Shown here in pieces: positions 51,216-64,000 of a stretch of DNA of 64,000 nucleotides. Position numbers and translations under genes: made by a program. Source of the DNA: Octopus vulgaris (lineage: Eukaryota); contig OX597822.1 in the NCBI GenBank assembly GCA_951406725.2, positions 4,030,001 to 4,094,000 of the forward strand, given 5' to 3'. Each line of letters starts with the position of its first letter. The first letter of the stretch is position 1. The notes under the pieces are model-generated. The model was not told where the DNA came from and did no database searches. It saw only the letters and a program-made list of their open reading frames with translations.

Positions 51216-51365
51216 CGAAAAAAAACAAAGGACGAGGACAGGTGATGTACAAAACAAACAGATGTATTAGTATAACCCTCAGGAATAGAAAAAGTCTTTT
51301 ACGTTTCGAGCCTACGCTCTTCTACAGAAAGGGATACAGAAAACAAGGAGAGAAAAAAGGAGAGA
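51215..51365 (-). mobile_element. Penelope-like terminal unit with hammerhead-like core
   Basis: Minus strand: CTGTAGA-A-GAGC-GTAG-GCTC-GAAACGTAA at 51298-51328; a more decayed unit lies at ~50845-50990. Confidence 0.55.
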
Positions 51366-53458
51366 AATATATATATATATATATACACTACATAGTTGTG
51401 TGTCTATCTGTCTATGTATGTCTGTGTGTTTGTGTGTGCATGTATAATGGCCTTACTTTGGGTTCTCAAGTCTTTCATGGTGCTACACGGGTACCGACGT
51501 AACATACGGTGTAGTAGGCATTTCCTAAACTCAAGGTCTGATCACACCAGATTTGTTCAAGAAAATGTGACAGAGAGAGACAAAAGAATAAATGAACTGG
51601 TTAAAGTGCTTGAGTGATACTTTATTTATCGATTACGAAAGGAAGAAAGGCAAATTTAAATTATTATCAGTTTATTATTTTTGCGAAAAATTGTGATCTT
51701 CAGTTTGGCAAAAGTGGAGTGAAGATGGATTCCTCTCCATACAACCTCCTTCCTCTCTGCTTACCTGCTACAGCTCGTATTGAAACTTGATGCATGCAAA
51801 AACATCCATATACAATTTTGGTGTTGACTGTGTGTTTTTGTTACATGCTATGGAAAAGTTATTGACGTGGTTTTCACCGACATTCTATCGTTTTCCCGAC
51901 ACTTTTTCTCCTAACTCTTGCTCCTTATACATCACGTATTCAACTTTACAGGTTTTAAAAATGCTTATATCTGATCAAACTCACAAGTTGCTAAAGCTTA
52001 CATCCGGGTTTTTTATTATGTGTAGTGTTTCTTCGCAACGGTCAACGGCTTCTCTCAACACTCAACTCGCTTTCCATTGAGGCAAGTAGATGGAATGGTA
52101 CTTCTGGGAAGGGATTTACGGACTTCTGCATCGCTAGAGTCTGGTACCAACGATGAGGTGATCTCCACTACATTTCCGGAGCGGTGTTATGGCAGCAATA
52201 GCCTCAGGACCTGTTGTCATTCTTACATGCTTTTGCAAGTATTTTGATCCTCTCTTACACTCTCTTTCACACTGTCTTTCAACTTATTATGAACAGAAAG
52301 CCCTCGAGTAGCTTTTACTACCAAAACTGTAACACTCGAACTGTCTGCCTCACACCGCAAGTCTTTTGTTATTGTTTCAGCACCCTAGACGGGGCATCGC
52401 CCTCGAATTGTTTTACGGTCCTGAGAGGACATACTGACTCCGTCTACATATGGTTCATTCACCCATTCGAGCTTACGAAGCTAGGGACATTACAAGATAC
52501 TAGTAATGCCCCTAACTTTCCATGGTTGTTCTGGCTCATGTACAGCAGAACTAACCTTGGACGGGTGTGTCTTTCATTATTTCTACTTTACATTTTGCTT
52601 CTACCGCTGTTCTGAAAATCTATCAGATGTACACCTGTATGTATGCATTGCATCACTCGGTTAACAAGACATTGTCCTACATCGACTGGGGACTCCCTCA
52701 ATTCATCCTTAGAGAGCATACAAATACCGACCTCTAATATGAAGCCGATCGCGGATGCTGATCTCGGTGGTAGCAGCAAAAATTCTGTTCACCTTGGAGA
52801 CTTGCTGCGGGTGGTGGATACTGACCGACTCGAGAGCTATGAATCGTTACGGAATGAAATGTTACGGACCCGGATTTTTCAGACTAACGTAGGTGAACTT
52901 TACTTATGCCTTCTCCTGGACAAAATCCTCAAGCAACGAGATGCTACTTCTCATCACACAGCATGTCATGATATCACACTTCTGTCTCTGACGTGTTCTT
53001 GCCTTGATCTATTCTTTCTTGATTGGATACAATATTTGCAACGCTGTATGTTATTGTTAAGCAAGTTGTCAACATCACACTCTTTCGCATCAAAACCCTT
53101 TATATTTTTTTTATTTATATTACGTTCTGTTTTATAAATTTTTTGTTCATTTCGTTGTTAATAATTTTGCTCTCTATGCAGCTGTCAATGCCTTGTTTTG
53201 ATGTTTTGAAGGGATGTTACTCACTGACATTTTGTGTTGAATGTCAACTAGGAAAACAATCAAAAATGTCTTCTTTTTTTTTTGTCTAATAAAATCAAAC
53301 AACAAACTGCTTCCCTTGTTTTCTGTTTTTTCCAACAATTCGAATCAATTGACACAGAAAAAAATTATCAATTTTGAAATATCCACAAAAGCTCTAATCC
53401 AGAAAGAACTTTGTGAAAAATGTCAAATCACAGTAAAATCCAGTAATAATAATAATAA

Positions 53459-53549
<91 letters not shown>

Positions 53550-53551
<2 letters not shown>

Positions 53552-53955
53552 TTTCATTTCTTTACCACAAGGGGGAAAGATGAGGTGGACAATACAAACA
53601 CAGACATAAAGTGTTTGGACTTACATATAATGAAATGATAAAATAATTAAATAGTAACACATTAATTAAATATGTAAGTATACACGGTATAGAATGAAAA
53701 GGAAGGGAAGTATACACAGTATACAAATGTTTAAAAAAATGGGGGAGTATGACAGAGATGTACCCCCCCCCCCTGATACAGGATGACCTCTAGAGATAAT
53801 CGAGGAATCCCAGTGTCCGAGATTTCCTTGAACACCAAGAGCAAGTGCTCTCACCAATTCCTTCTCTCTGACTCTCAGGTCTACACATCGAGAGGTACCA
53901 TCCACTCTTGCCATTTTCCCAACTTTCACCCACCTTTCAATAAACTCACTCTTAT
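53550..53955 (-). mobile_element. Tx1/L1-clade LINE 3' end (ORF2 C-terminus plus 3' UTR)
   Basis: SEFIERWVKVGKMARVDG C-terminus-like peptide; 3' UTR ends CCCCTTGTGGTAAAGAAATGAAAT, followed by (ATT)n. Confidence 0.6.
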
Positions 53956-54462
53956 GAGTCTGTATGACACGAAAGGGACCTTTATCCTTATATCCCCACA
54001 ATCACTTACCTTTCCATATGGAACTTTAAAAACTCGACAAGGGCTTACGAGAACAGCATCGGAGATAGGCACAAGGTTACATATTTTGGGTGTTTCGTCG
54101 ATCCTGATATTTTACTGGTACTCGTTTTATCGGACTCGAAAAGAAAAACAGACGAAATCGATCGAGACAGAATTTGAATTCAGAAGGCAACGAGCAAATG
54201 CCAAAAGACATTTTGCCCGACATTGTTGCGATTCTGCTTGTCTACTGCCCTGAAATATTATCTGAAATATAAAGAACATTCATTTTTATAGCAACAAAAT
54301 GTAAAGGAAATTGGATTAAAAATAAAAAATTAAATAATGATTCTAATAAAAAGAAAAGATGCATCATTAAAAATAACAACTACAATGGAGGCGTCACCCT
54401 CACCACCACCACATCGTGGAGGCCGTCGTGCTCTTGATGATGATGATGACGACGACGACGAA

Positions 54463-54504
<42 letters not shown>

Positions 54505-55104
54505 AACCGTTGTTGTTGCTGTGGTGGTGGTGGTGGTGGTGGTGGTGGTGAGGATGGTAGGTGTAATGGTGGTGGTGTAAATGATAATGTTGATGGTGAT
54601 GATAATGTTGATGCTACGACGATGATGACGACGATGATGATAACGATTCTTAAAGAAAAAAAAATTAAGCAAAAAGGTAAAAAAACAGGAGAACATCAAT
54701 AACGAATATTTTCATGAAGAATTTTCAACTAGGAAATATCAATTTCTGTAACTTTTAGTCGGAGAGTGGTGCTGTGTTGCAGAAGGAGGTGTTTACGCTT
54801 GACTTTGCTTCCGTTATCTCCAACTTGTCTTACAACCTAAGCTTTATACATTTTTTTTTTTAGAAAAAATCCAATAACATTGCTCAAATGTCAAACATTA
54901 TACCGTCATTTATTTAAAATTTTTGTGAAACACTAAACCCCCTGCAAAAAAGAATAAGCTTTATTTATTCACAAACAAATCGGTTAACATATCAGTGTTT
55001 TCCACCTTTTTTTTAAATACGTAAATACAATCATATACATAAACGCATACACACACACATAGACGGACATATATATATGTGTGTGTATGTGTGTGTGTCG
55101 CTCC

Positions 55105-55143
<39 letters not shown>

Positions 55144-55185
55144 TTTGTGTTTTTGTATGTATGTCTGTATTTATTTATATATATG

Positions 55186-55250
<65 letters not shown>

Positions 55251-55795
55251 TCTTCGTAAGTTTGTGTTTTCTTAAAGAGGATAGATTTTCTAAGGTATTC
55301 TTGAATGCGTATGTATGTATGAATGCCTTTACGTCTATTTTTAAGTTATTTTTTAGCGGGTGTAATTCTAAAGCATATTTTTAAATCCCATCTTAAAGGA
55401 GTATTTTTGTCTTGATTTTTTTTTCATTTTATTTTACCTTTAGAATGTTTTAGCATGTGTGATGAATTTCCCCTCCTTGAATCTTAAAATATTTATCACG
55501 GTTCTAATGTTCAGAGAGAACATTTTTCATTTCCAAAGAATTTGCTTAGATCTTCGTTTAGAGGTGTAGAGGATCAGTACGCAGGACGTAGATATACAGC
55601 AAAAGATGCCGATATAGATATGTAGTATAATAATATCTATTTAAAATATACTACAATGTTTACTGAAAATAATCTAAATTTTATATATTTTAAGTTATTA
55701 GAATATCTAACATACGTAAAAAACAATTCTAGCATATATAAATTATTTAGAACAATATTTTTATGCATCCAGTACAGTACATGTAATAATCTATA

Positions 55796-55960
55796 GGCGC
55801 AGGAGTGGCTGTGTGGTAAGTAGCTTGCTAACCAACCACATGGTTCCGGGTTCATTCCCACAGCGTCGCACCCTGGGCAAGTGTCTTCTACTATAGCCTC
55901 GGGCCGACCAAAGCCTTGTGAGTGAATTTGGTAGACGGAAACTGAAAGAGGCCCGTCGTA

Positions 55961-56008
<48 letters not shown>

Positions 56009-56405
56009 AGTGGCTGTGTGGTAAGTAGCTTGTTTACCAACCACATGGTTCCGGGTTCAGTCCCACTGCGTGGCACCTTGGGCAAGTGTCTTCTACTATA
56101 GCCTCGGGCCGACCAAAGCCTTGTGAGTGAATTTGGTAGACGGAAACTGAAAGAGGCCCGTCGTATATATTTATATATATATATATATGTGTGTGTGTAT
56201 GTTTGTGTGTCTGTGTTTGGCCCCCCCAACATTGCTTGACAACTGATGCTGGTGCGTTTGCGTCCCCGTAACTTAGCGGTTCGGCAAAAGAGACTGATAT
56301 AATAAGTGCTAGGCTTATAAAGAATAAGTCCTGGGGTCGGTTTGCTTGACTAAAGGCAGTGCTCCAGCATGGCCGCAGTCAAGTGACTGAAACAAGTAAA
56401 AGAGT
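55796..56405 (+). mobile_element. SINE family A with duplicated head (55796-56005, then full copy 56006-56405)
   Basis: Two near-identical heads separated by (TA)n, with a single 3' half. Confidence 0.92.
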
Positions 56406-56734
56406 ACCAATATTTATGTCTAAAATATATCTATGGCGCATACTTATAGCTATGTATTATAATAATATTTAGCTATATCCATATATTTACCATATTTTAT
56501 ATTGTATTGATACTGAAGCCGTAGAGGTACGTGTGCTTATTTTCTTAATGATTACGAATTCATTATTGATTTTAGAGCTATTTTTATTATAAGTACATTT
56601 TTTTTAGGCTACCGTTACAATTGTTAGTTTACGTATGTTATCCACAATAAAAGAAGCACCACAATAGAAAAAAAAAACTTAGAATATTTGCAGTTTATTT
56701 ATTTCATACTGATAACAACGGCAACAACAATAAC

Positions 56735-57065
56735 CCTATTCTGTTAAAAGTACAAGGCCTGAAAATTTATGAGAAAGGACAATCGATTATATCGACCTCA
56801 GTGTTCAACTGGTACTTCTTTCATCGATCCTGTAAAAATGAAAGGCAAAGTCGATTTCGGGGAAATTTGAATTCAGACTGAAAAACCGAATGAAATGCCG
56901 CTAAACATTTTTCTCCGGCATGTGAACGATTTTGCAAGCTCGTCGCCTTAAGCAGTTATAATAACTCTTTCTACTCTAGGCACAGGGCCTGAAGTTTTGA
57001 GAGGACATCAACTCCAGTGATCAAGTGGAACTTGTTTTATCGACCCCCGAAAGGACGAAAGGCAA
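56735..57065 (-). mobile_element. Two diverged SINE-B short-tail copies
   Basis: AAAGGCAAAGTCGA, TCGACCCCCGAAAGGA and AAGGCCTGAAA motifs. Confidence 0.7.
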
Positions 57066-57100
57066 TGACAACAACAACGACAACAATAAAATAATAAACA

Positions 57101-57217
57101 GAAGAAGAAGAAGAAGAAGAAGAAGAAGAAGAAAAAGAAGAAAAAGAAAAAGAAGTAGAAAAAAGAAGAAGAAGAAGAAGAAGAAGAAGAAAAAGAAGGA
57201 AAAGAAAAAGAAGAAAA

Positions 57218-57248
<31 letters not shown>

Positions 57249-57490
57249 AAGACGAAGAAGAAGAAGACGAAGAAGAAGAAGACGAAGAAGAAGAAGAAGC
57301 AAAAGAAAAAGAAAAAGAAGAAGAAGAAGAAGAAGAAGAAGAAGAAGAAGAGGAAGAAAAAGAAAAAGAAGAAGAAGAAGAAGAAGAAGAAGAAGAAGAA
57401 AAAGAAGAAAAAGAAGAAAAAGAAAAAGAAGTAGAAAAAAGAAGAAGAAGAAGAAGAAGAAGAAAAAGAAGGAAAAGAAAAAGAAGAAAA

Positions 57491-57521
<31 letters not shown>

Positions 57522-57700
57522 ACGAAGAAGAAGAAGACGAAGAAGAAGAAGACGAAGAAGAAGGGGAAGCAAAAGAAAAAGAAAAAGAAGAAGAAGAAAA
57601 AGAAGAAGAAGAGGAAGAAAAAGAAAAAGAAGAAGAAGAAGAAGAAGAAGAGGAAGTAGAAGAAGAAGAAGAAGAAGAAGAAGAAGAAAAAGAAGAAGAA
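57101..57700. repeat. (AAG)n polypurine tract with ~275-bp higher-order duplication
   Basis: The same pattern of interruptions (GAAGTAGAA, GGAAAAG, AAAATAAG, 3x GACGAAG, GCAAAAG) occurs twice. Confidence 0.92.
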
Positions 57701-57814
57701 CAACAACAACAACAACAATAATGAAATAATAATAATAATGAAATAATAATAATAATAATAAGAAGAAGAAGAAGAACAACAACAACAATAACAATAATAC
57801 TGATAATTATAAAG

Positions 57815-58517
57815 AAAAAAGGCATGGAAGGAAAAAATTACGGTCAGTTTGCAAGAGACGTGAACGCCAAGACAGAGACAGAGGACCTGTAGGTATGGAT
57901 TAGGAGGAGTGACCTGAAGCTAGAGACAGAAGCACTCATATGCGCAGCTCAAGTGCAAGTGTTAAGAACCAACTATGTGAAGTGCAGAATAGACAACAGT
58001 ACCAACAGCGACAAATGCAGAATGTGTGGCATGAAGGGTGAAATGGTATGGCACATCGTTAGCGAATGCCCGAAAGTGGCACAACGTGAATACAAAAGAC
58101 GCCATAACAATGTGGCGAGAATGATCCATTGGGAGCGCTATGGAAATCACGGCCTACAAAGAACAAAGACATGGCATGAGCACGTGACCACAGGATCAAT
58201 GTGAAAAAATGAAGAAAGATAAACAACTATGACGATTTGAAGTGGGAAATACGAAGGTTGCAGTCAATGAATAGAGTAGACGTGATACCAATAGTAATTG
58301 GCGCACTTGGAAGTATCAGCTCTCAATCTCCAACATGACTGAAAAAGATTGGTGCAAGTGTGAAGGTAGAACACCTACAAAAATCAGCATCACTTGGAAC
58401 TGCAAGAATTCTTCGCAGGATTCTTGAAGCATAACCAGTAAGCAAATGCCACTTTAGTCTGCTGGTTGTGGATAGCTCACACTTCCCATCATAACCAGCT
58501 GTGAATTTTCGTATCAT
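57815..58517 (+). mobile_element. R4/Dong LINE 3' portion with internal deletion
   Basis: ETEALICAAQ, CRMCGMKGEMVWHIVSEC (CCHC), RHNNVA, IPIVIGALG, GTARILRRIL*; begins in an (AAT)n-like tract. Confidence 0.9.
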
Positions 58518-58533
58518 AATTATAATAAAGTTC

Positions 58534-58950
58534 GGATCTTTTCGGTTTGAACGGCAGTTTTTCAAGCGGTGTCATATGAAATTGTCACCTATAATTATGA
58601 CCCTAGTATCGATCTATTGCATTTCAATCTGTTTTAGGGTTAGGGTTAGGGTTAGGGATGGGGGGAAGGGTATCTTTTTTCTTCACAAATGTAAATAAAC
58701 CCAATCTGTTTCTTAAACGAGGGACATATTCATACGGCACAGAATATTTTGTACCTCAATGGACGTCATTGATTAGTTGAAATTGCAGAATTTGAAGAAA
58801 AAACAACAAATATCTTACAAACTATAGAATTTTCTCAATAAAACCAAGAGAAAGATGTTTTATAAACACATTCTACCAGTATACGAAGTTTAAAATATTT
58901 TAATTACGTAGAACTTATGTTAAAAACTGCCGTTCAAACCGAAAAAATCC
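58534..58950. mobile_element. Second TTAGGG-containing MITE
   Basis: Same TIRs as 17819-18277; perfect 8-bp TSD TAAAGTTC at 58526-58533 and 58951-58958. Confidence 0.95.
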
Positions 58951-60313
58951 TAAAGTTCTGCTGCGAATACCGAACATTATGGCCGAGCATCAGCGAGTTC
59001 CCCGCGAGGAAGGATAAAATCTGAAATCATCGCTAAACAAGATTTAAGAAACCGCGAAGAAATTAAATAAAATTGTTCTTTAATGTAAGTAATTTGCCGT
59101 ACGCCGAAATATTTTTGTCATATATGAAACATAGTTGCTGCCAGGCAAGTTATCACAGCAAGCCATGTGCCTAAACATATAAACAATGCGCGGAGATAAG
59201 CTATCTTTATAGGAAAATGAAAACAACACGCGGAAGCGCGATGTCTCTATAAAAACTGTGAGTACAAGAATTAATCATGTATGCATTCCCCCACACACAA
59301 CTTTCTTGCTTATACACCAACAAATATAATGTTTATACAGCTTACACGAGAACACGTACAATCTTCCACACATGAACAAGATAAACATCGAAAACACGGT
59401 ATTTGAACAATTTAAAATAGAGAAATAATAATACATAAAAAATGCAGCACGCTTCACTTTAAACAGAAAAAAATGCATATGATCGGCAATAAAAATTTGA
59501 AGCGAAATAGAGGTGAATTTCAATCTGTGACTCTCAGGTGATCACGGTACGGAAGAAGCTTTAGCACACGTCCAGAGACGGCGTTCTGTCAAAAAGTTAA
59601 CACCGAACAGACAGCCTCGTCTCTAAAGGTCACTGCTCAAATGAAAGAGAAAACTAAAAGAGAACGATAGACAGATGACAACAATGAAGTACTATATACA
59701 TATACATTCTACATATACATTCTATATACATTCTACATTGCAACACTATACCCGAAACACACAGGAATAATAAAAGAAACATGAAATATGGAGAAGAAAT
59801 ACAGATATAAGGAGAACCATCACAGAAAATACTCCTGGAAACGTCCGACAATATATCCTGCGAGAAGGGAAAGTTACCAAAACCAAAACAGACAAACTCA
59901 TAGAAAAAATACGCCCTGGAAATAAAGCAAAACACCTAAGGACTCAAAACGACGGGTTACAATAAAAACAAAATTCACATCAGAAATTATATTTTCAAAA
60001 CCATACGACCTTACAAAAGAAAGAACGAAACACTACAGAGGTAATTCTGCATATAACAAATAAAAAGCTGAAGCAAAGTAAAATCTATAAAAGGCTACGC
60101 GTACAAGAAATGAATAGCGTGAGGCTAAAACATGCCATGAAAATCACTTTACTGGGGACCGCGAGGATTTTGAGACTGGTACTTGGACTTTAAGTACCGT
60201 GGAAAACCCTGTGAGACTTTTGACCACAGATTGTTGAACGTTTTTACAGAATTACAGGAATTGAGAGCGCTGAGAACAAAATGTATTATACAACAACAAC
60301 ATCAACAATAATA

Positions 60314-60396
<83 letters not shown>

Positions 60397-60398
<2 letters not shown>

Positions 60399-61013
60399 TG
60401 CAGTACCAGGCAGTGGCTTGATGCAGTACCAGGCAGTGGCTGATGCAGTACCAGGCAGTGGCTTGATGCAGCACCAGGCAGTGGCTCTCATGGCTTCTGA
60501 TCTTAACTGATTGGAAGTGTTATCATGTACATTGTTTTGTCTTGGTATAAAAGATGGGTTACAGCAAATATTCTGCTCAATACCACAGATTTGCTTGTCA
60601 GTTGTTTGACCTTAACCAGTTGAGCATGTCCCTTAGTGGCTGACGATATGTGCATCTCTGATCACGAGCAGATGTAGTGGGGGAGCATCATAGCCATGTG
60701 TTGAGAGGGGTTCTTTGGGGTTTGAATAATTCACCTCTGGAAACATGGGTGGTTCTTTCAACATCCTTAAACAACCCTTATTCAGGGACCTTTTGAGCGG
60801 GATGGGCTACTCAACGTGAAGAAAATTCTAACTGGGCCCCACCTGCAAGGTCATGTGCTGTTTATCTTAATATGAGATCACCATGTCGCGCACATATGGT
60901 TGTGATGCATGTGCCTGGTGTACCCTTATCAGACGGGTAGTCATGATGGGTATATTGGGCTTCGTATATTTTACCCCAGTGTCACTTTGATGGCATGCAC
61001 TGCTCTCTCACTC
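60397..61013 (+). mobile_element. Element D, full length, with four tandem 22-23-bp repeats at its 5' end
   Basis: (AAT)n on both sides; GATGCAGTACCAGGCAGTGGCT(T) x4 at 60397-60486; no ORF; no A/B box seen. Confidence 0.9.
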
Positions 61014-61052
<39 letters not shown>

Positions 61053-61054
<2 letters not shown>

Positions 61055-62670
61055 GTTCTTAAAGAGACAGAAACACCTTCAAGTAAGACCCTACATAGAC
61101 AGTAACAAACGTCAGAAGAGACATTATAAAAAAAATTACTAACTGAAGTAGAGATTGACCAAATTAAACAAGCAGTAAAGGATAAAAAGAACGAAGCTGC
61201 AGCTAAAGAAGATACTACAGAGGAAATAATTATAGACCTGCTCAGGGCTGATGAAAATACAGTAATGATTAAAAGAGTTAATGTAATTGATAGGCAAAGT
61301 GAAATACTCTATGAAGCAACCATAAACACTAAGGCAGATGAAAATCAAATAGATGAAAAAGTCACACGAAGTTGACCCAACAGAACTACATGATCTAAAA
61401 AAATCAATCATAATTGAATGGCTAAAAATTAAAGAAACCGGTATGAATGAACGCGATACTCTCCCAAGAATTCGCAATTCTAACCCAAAACCTGAAAATA
61501 ATTGGTAAAATCCGCCTTGAACTTAAGGATATAATTTCAGCTAATGATGTTGATCTTACAGACCTCAATCACCTATACTATGCATCCGCGAAAATCTCAA
61601 CGGTTCTATGTGGTGAAAAGATTAGAAAACGACAACATGCCCACAAAAAGCCTTCTTGAAAGAGCGTATTCAACACCAAATTAAGCTACTTAGGTCTGAC
61701 ATAGAATGTTTGAAAACCTTAAGTCTGACAAGACTATCAAACCTACAAAACCCCTAAAATTAAAGAAAAAATATAATATGAAAACCATACTTGACATTGA
61801 TGTCACCATAGAAACCATTAAGCAAAAGTTATATACTAAAGCTGCACGCATAGCAAGGTATGAAAAGCGCGTTAGACTCTTCAAAGACAACAACATGTTC
61901 AAAAATAACACCAAAAATGTTTACAGGAAGATAGGGAAAATACCAGTTATAGTAAAGTCTGTCCCATCAAAAGAAGTGCAGGAATTTTGGAATAAAATTC
62001 GGACAGAAGAAAAAACACACAATGAAAAGGCTTCTTGGATTGATGGAATATCTACAGACTTTGATTCCTTAGAGTAGCAAAAGTGGGAGTGTGCCAAGGT
62101 AGAAGATATAAGAACTGCTCTCAGGAGGTCAAGCAAATGGAAGTCTCCAGGAAAGGATAAAATTTGTAACTTCTGGTTGAATGCCTTCCCAGAGAGCCAT
62201 GAACAGCTAACAGAACTTTACAACGGTGTTTTGCAACATCCTAGCATTATTCCCTTTTGGCTAGTTAATGGTTTAACATTCCTACTTCTACAAAAATGAA
62301 GAAACAAATGAACCAAATATCATCGACCCAAAACCTGCTTATCAACAATGTATAAAACTCGAACTTCTGTCCTCACTGAATACACCTATAGTTTTTTTTT
62401 TTATAGAAAGTAGCATATTCCCTAATTAGCAAAAAGGGTGTAAACGTGGACCTTATGGTTGCAAAGATCAGCTACTCATCAATAAGATGACCATAGAAGA
62501 TTGTCACAAACGACACAAAAACTTGTCAATAGCCTGGATAGACTGTAATAAAAGCTTTTGATAGCCTACCACATAGCTGGATTAAGAAATGTCTGGAAAT
62601 GTATAAAATAGCTCCTACTCTGAGAAACTTTTAGTCTATGAGCATGAGATCATAGAAGACCACACTGACT
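61053..62670 (+). mobile_element. Degenerate R4/Dong LINE (N-terminal region and first half of RT)
   Basis: QEFWNKI, WKSPGKDKICNFWL, QKGCKRGPYGCKDQLLI, KNLSIAWID, AFDSLPHSWI. Confidence 0.88.
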
Positions 62671-63715
62671 AAAGCTCGTTCAACAAACGGCGATCACACC
62701 TGTTCACCGTTAAGGTATCGCTGGAGATTTTGCAGCCTTAGCACATATCTACGCATCCTCAGCTACGGTTGAGTCCTCCACGCAACGGGTGGCACCTGTC
62801 TCCTCCACAGGAAGCGGAAGAGCAAACGCACCAACCCGTTCAGCCACGAATCAGGGCAAGGGATGACAGTCAGGCGGTAGTATATGACGGATGCGATGTA
62901 TGCATTCGTCACCTCTACCTAACCTTTCAAGGACATCTTCCTCTAGGCCCATTTCTGGGTGAGACTGGCCACCCTATCTGTCACCTCGCCCCAGCTCTTG
63001 TCCACTTGGAGATTCGAACCGAACCAGACCCCGGGCAACTTAACAAGTCCTTCCGTCCAGAGCCCCACCATGCTGTCGGCTGGCATGGGCCTGCCTATCC
63101 AGGTGCCGAGCTGCAAGCCCACTGACTTCTCCTGGTTGATTATTACTCCTTTCACCGCTTCGCATTCCCTTAGGGTAGTGCCGATCATTTCGATTTCCGA
63201 GATGTCCGATACCATCACGGTGACGTACGCATACGCTGACACGAAACTTCCGCATCCCAGTTCACGCGGTATGCCCCTCGAAACATCCAGCTTCCGCAGT
63301 AATGGCTCGAGTGAGAAGGGATGAGAGTGAGCATCCTTGAGGGACCGAACATGCGGTACTAAACGATTCCGAGAGGTTGTATTTTACTTTGACTACATTT
63401 CAGCTATCCAGCCTCTGAAAACGGGACCGAAACCAACTGCCTTGAGGACAGTCTCCAAGTACAGATAGTCGATCATATCAAAAGCTTTCGATTAATCCAA
63501 ATGGCTCAGGGGCCCACCAATGCCAGGTTCTTTACCAACCCTCTCTATGATGTATCGCGTGAGGTAGAGGTTGCCGTGTATAGCACTGCTGGGGATAGCG
63601 CAGTCTACGCATTACCCGCCATTCCGTCAACGACAAGCGCAAACTTCCTTGCTAACAACTTGGCCAAAATTTTATAATCGGTATTTAACAGTGTTACCAG
63701 CCTAAAGCTATCGAC
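62671..63715 (-). mobile_element. Degenerate Tx1/L1-clade LINE RT fragment
   Basis: TLLNTDYKILAK, LD*SKAFD, SVPQGCSLS, VSAYA.., INQEKS. Confidence 0.85.
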
Positions 63716-63829
63716 AATCTCAGATCCTACCCTACACACACACAAACACAAACACAAACACACATACTGACCGTCTTCACATTCTTCTGTTCCAAGAATC
63801 CACTTTCCGTCAGTTCAGAAATGTAACGA

Positions 63830-64000
63830 TGCGTTGACGGTTGGCGATTTTCCCGTTTCGTCCTTCACTGAACTTTTCCCTTTCACCAATCCGAGGAAGA
63901 GCCATGCTCCAAATGTTAAAGCTTTTTCCTTTCGCCGAACGTCAAAGTAATATGTTACATGTGCACATCCTCACGTTCGTTTTTTTTTCTTTTTTTCTCT
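63830..64000 (+). mobile_element. Decayed Penelope-like terminal unit
   Basis: Colinear with 2790-3000 (GTTGGCGA..; CCGAGGAAGAGCCATGCTCCAAATGTTAA). Confidence 0.45.

Noticed and set aside
52643-53137. 164-aa non-repetitive ORF
   Set aside because: No recognisable domain or convincing splice sites; probably decayed repeat or chance.
57008-57825. Arg/Lys-rich protamine-like ORF and poly-S/F/L ORFs
   Set aside because: All frames are open because the region is an (AAG)n microsatellite; no supporting gene structure.
60397-60486. Four 22-23-bp direct repeats resembling a CRISPR array
   Set aside because: No spacers, no cas genes and a eukaryotic context; they are the 5' end of element D.

Overview
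AT-rich, microsatellite-saturated eukaryotic DNA with no recognisable host gene. The repeat inventory (three abundant tRNA-derived SINE families, extreme (TA)n/(TACA)n/(AAT)n load) points by inference to a cephalopod, probably Octopus. Nearly all long ORFs in the track are microsatellite translations. The real coding remnants are all transposons: a complete but dead DD34D mariner nested in a Tx1/L1-type LINE, a nearly intact 5'-truncated CR1-group LINE, four R4/Dong-type (RLE) LINE pieces tied to trinucleotide tracts, further Tx1 and RTE pieces, a Penelope GIY-YIG remnant and several MITEs (hAT, piggyBac, mariner, and a TTAGGG-carrying family with 8-bp TSD). Three signals stand out. (1) Three non-autonomous retroelements can each be paired with a different co-resident LINE clade from sequence in this window: SINE-A with CR1, SINE-B with Tx1, and an unnamed ~600-bp (AAT)n-targeting element with R4/Dong, including a direct R4/element chimera. 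(2) Several type I minimal hammerhead-ribozyme motifs lie in short Penelope/retrozyme-like units. (3) Several long fold-back inverted repeats are present. Family labels A-E are my own, and boundaries were read by eye (about +/-10 bp unless a TSD is given).
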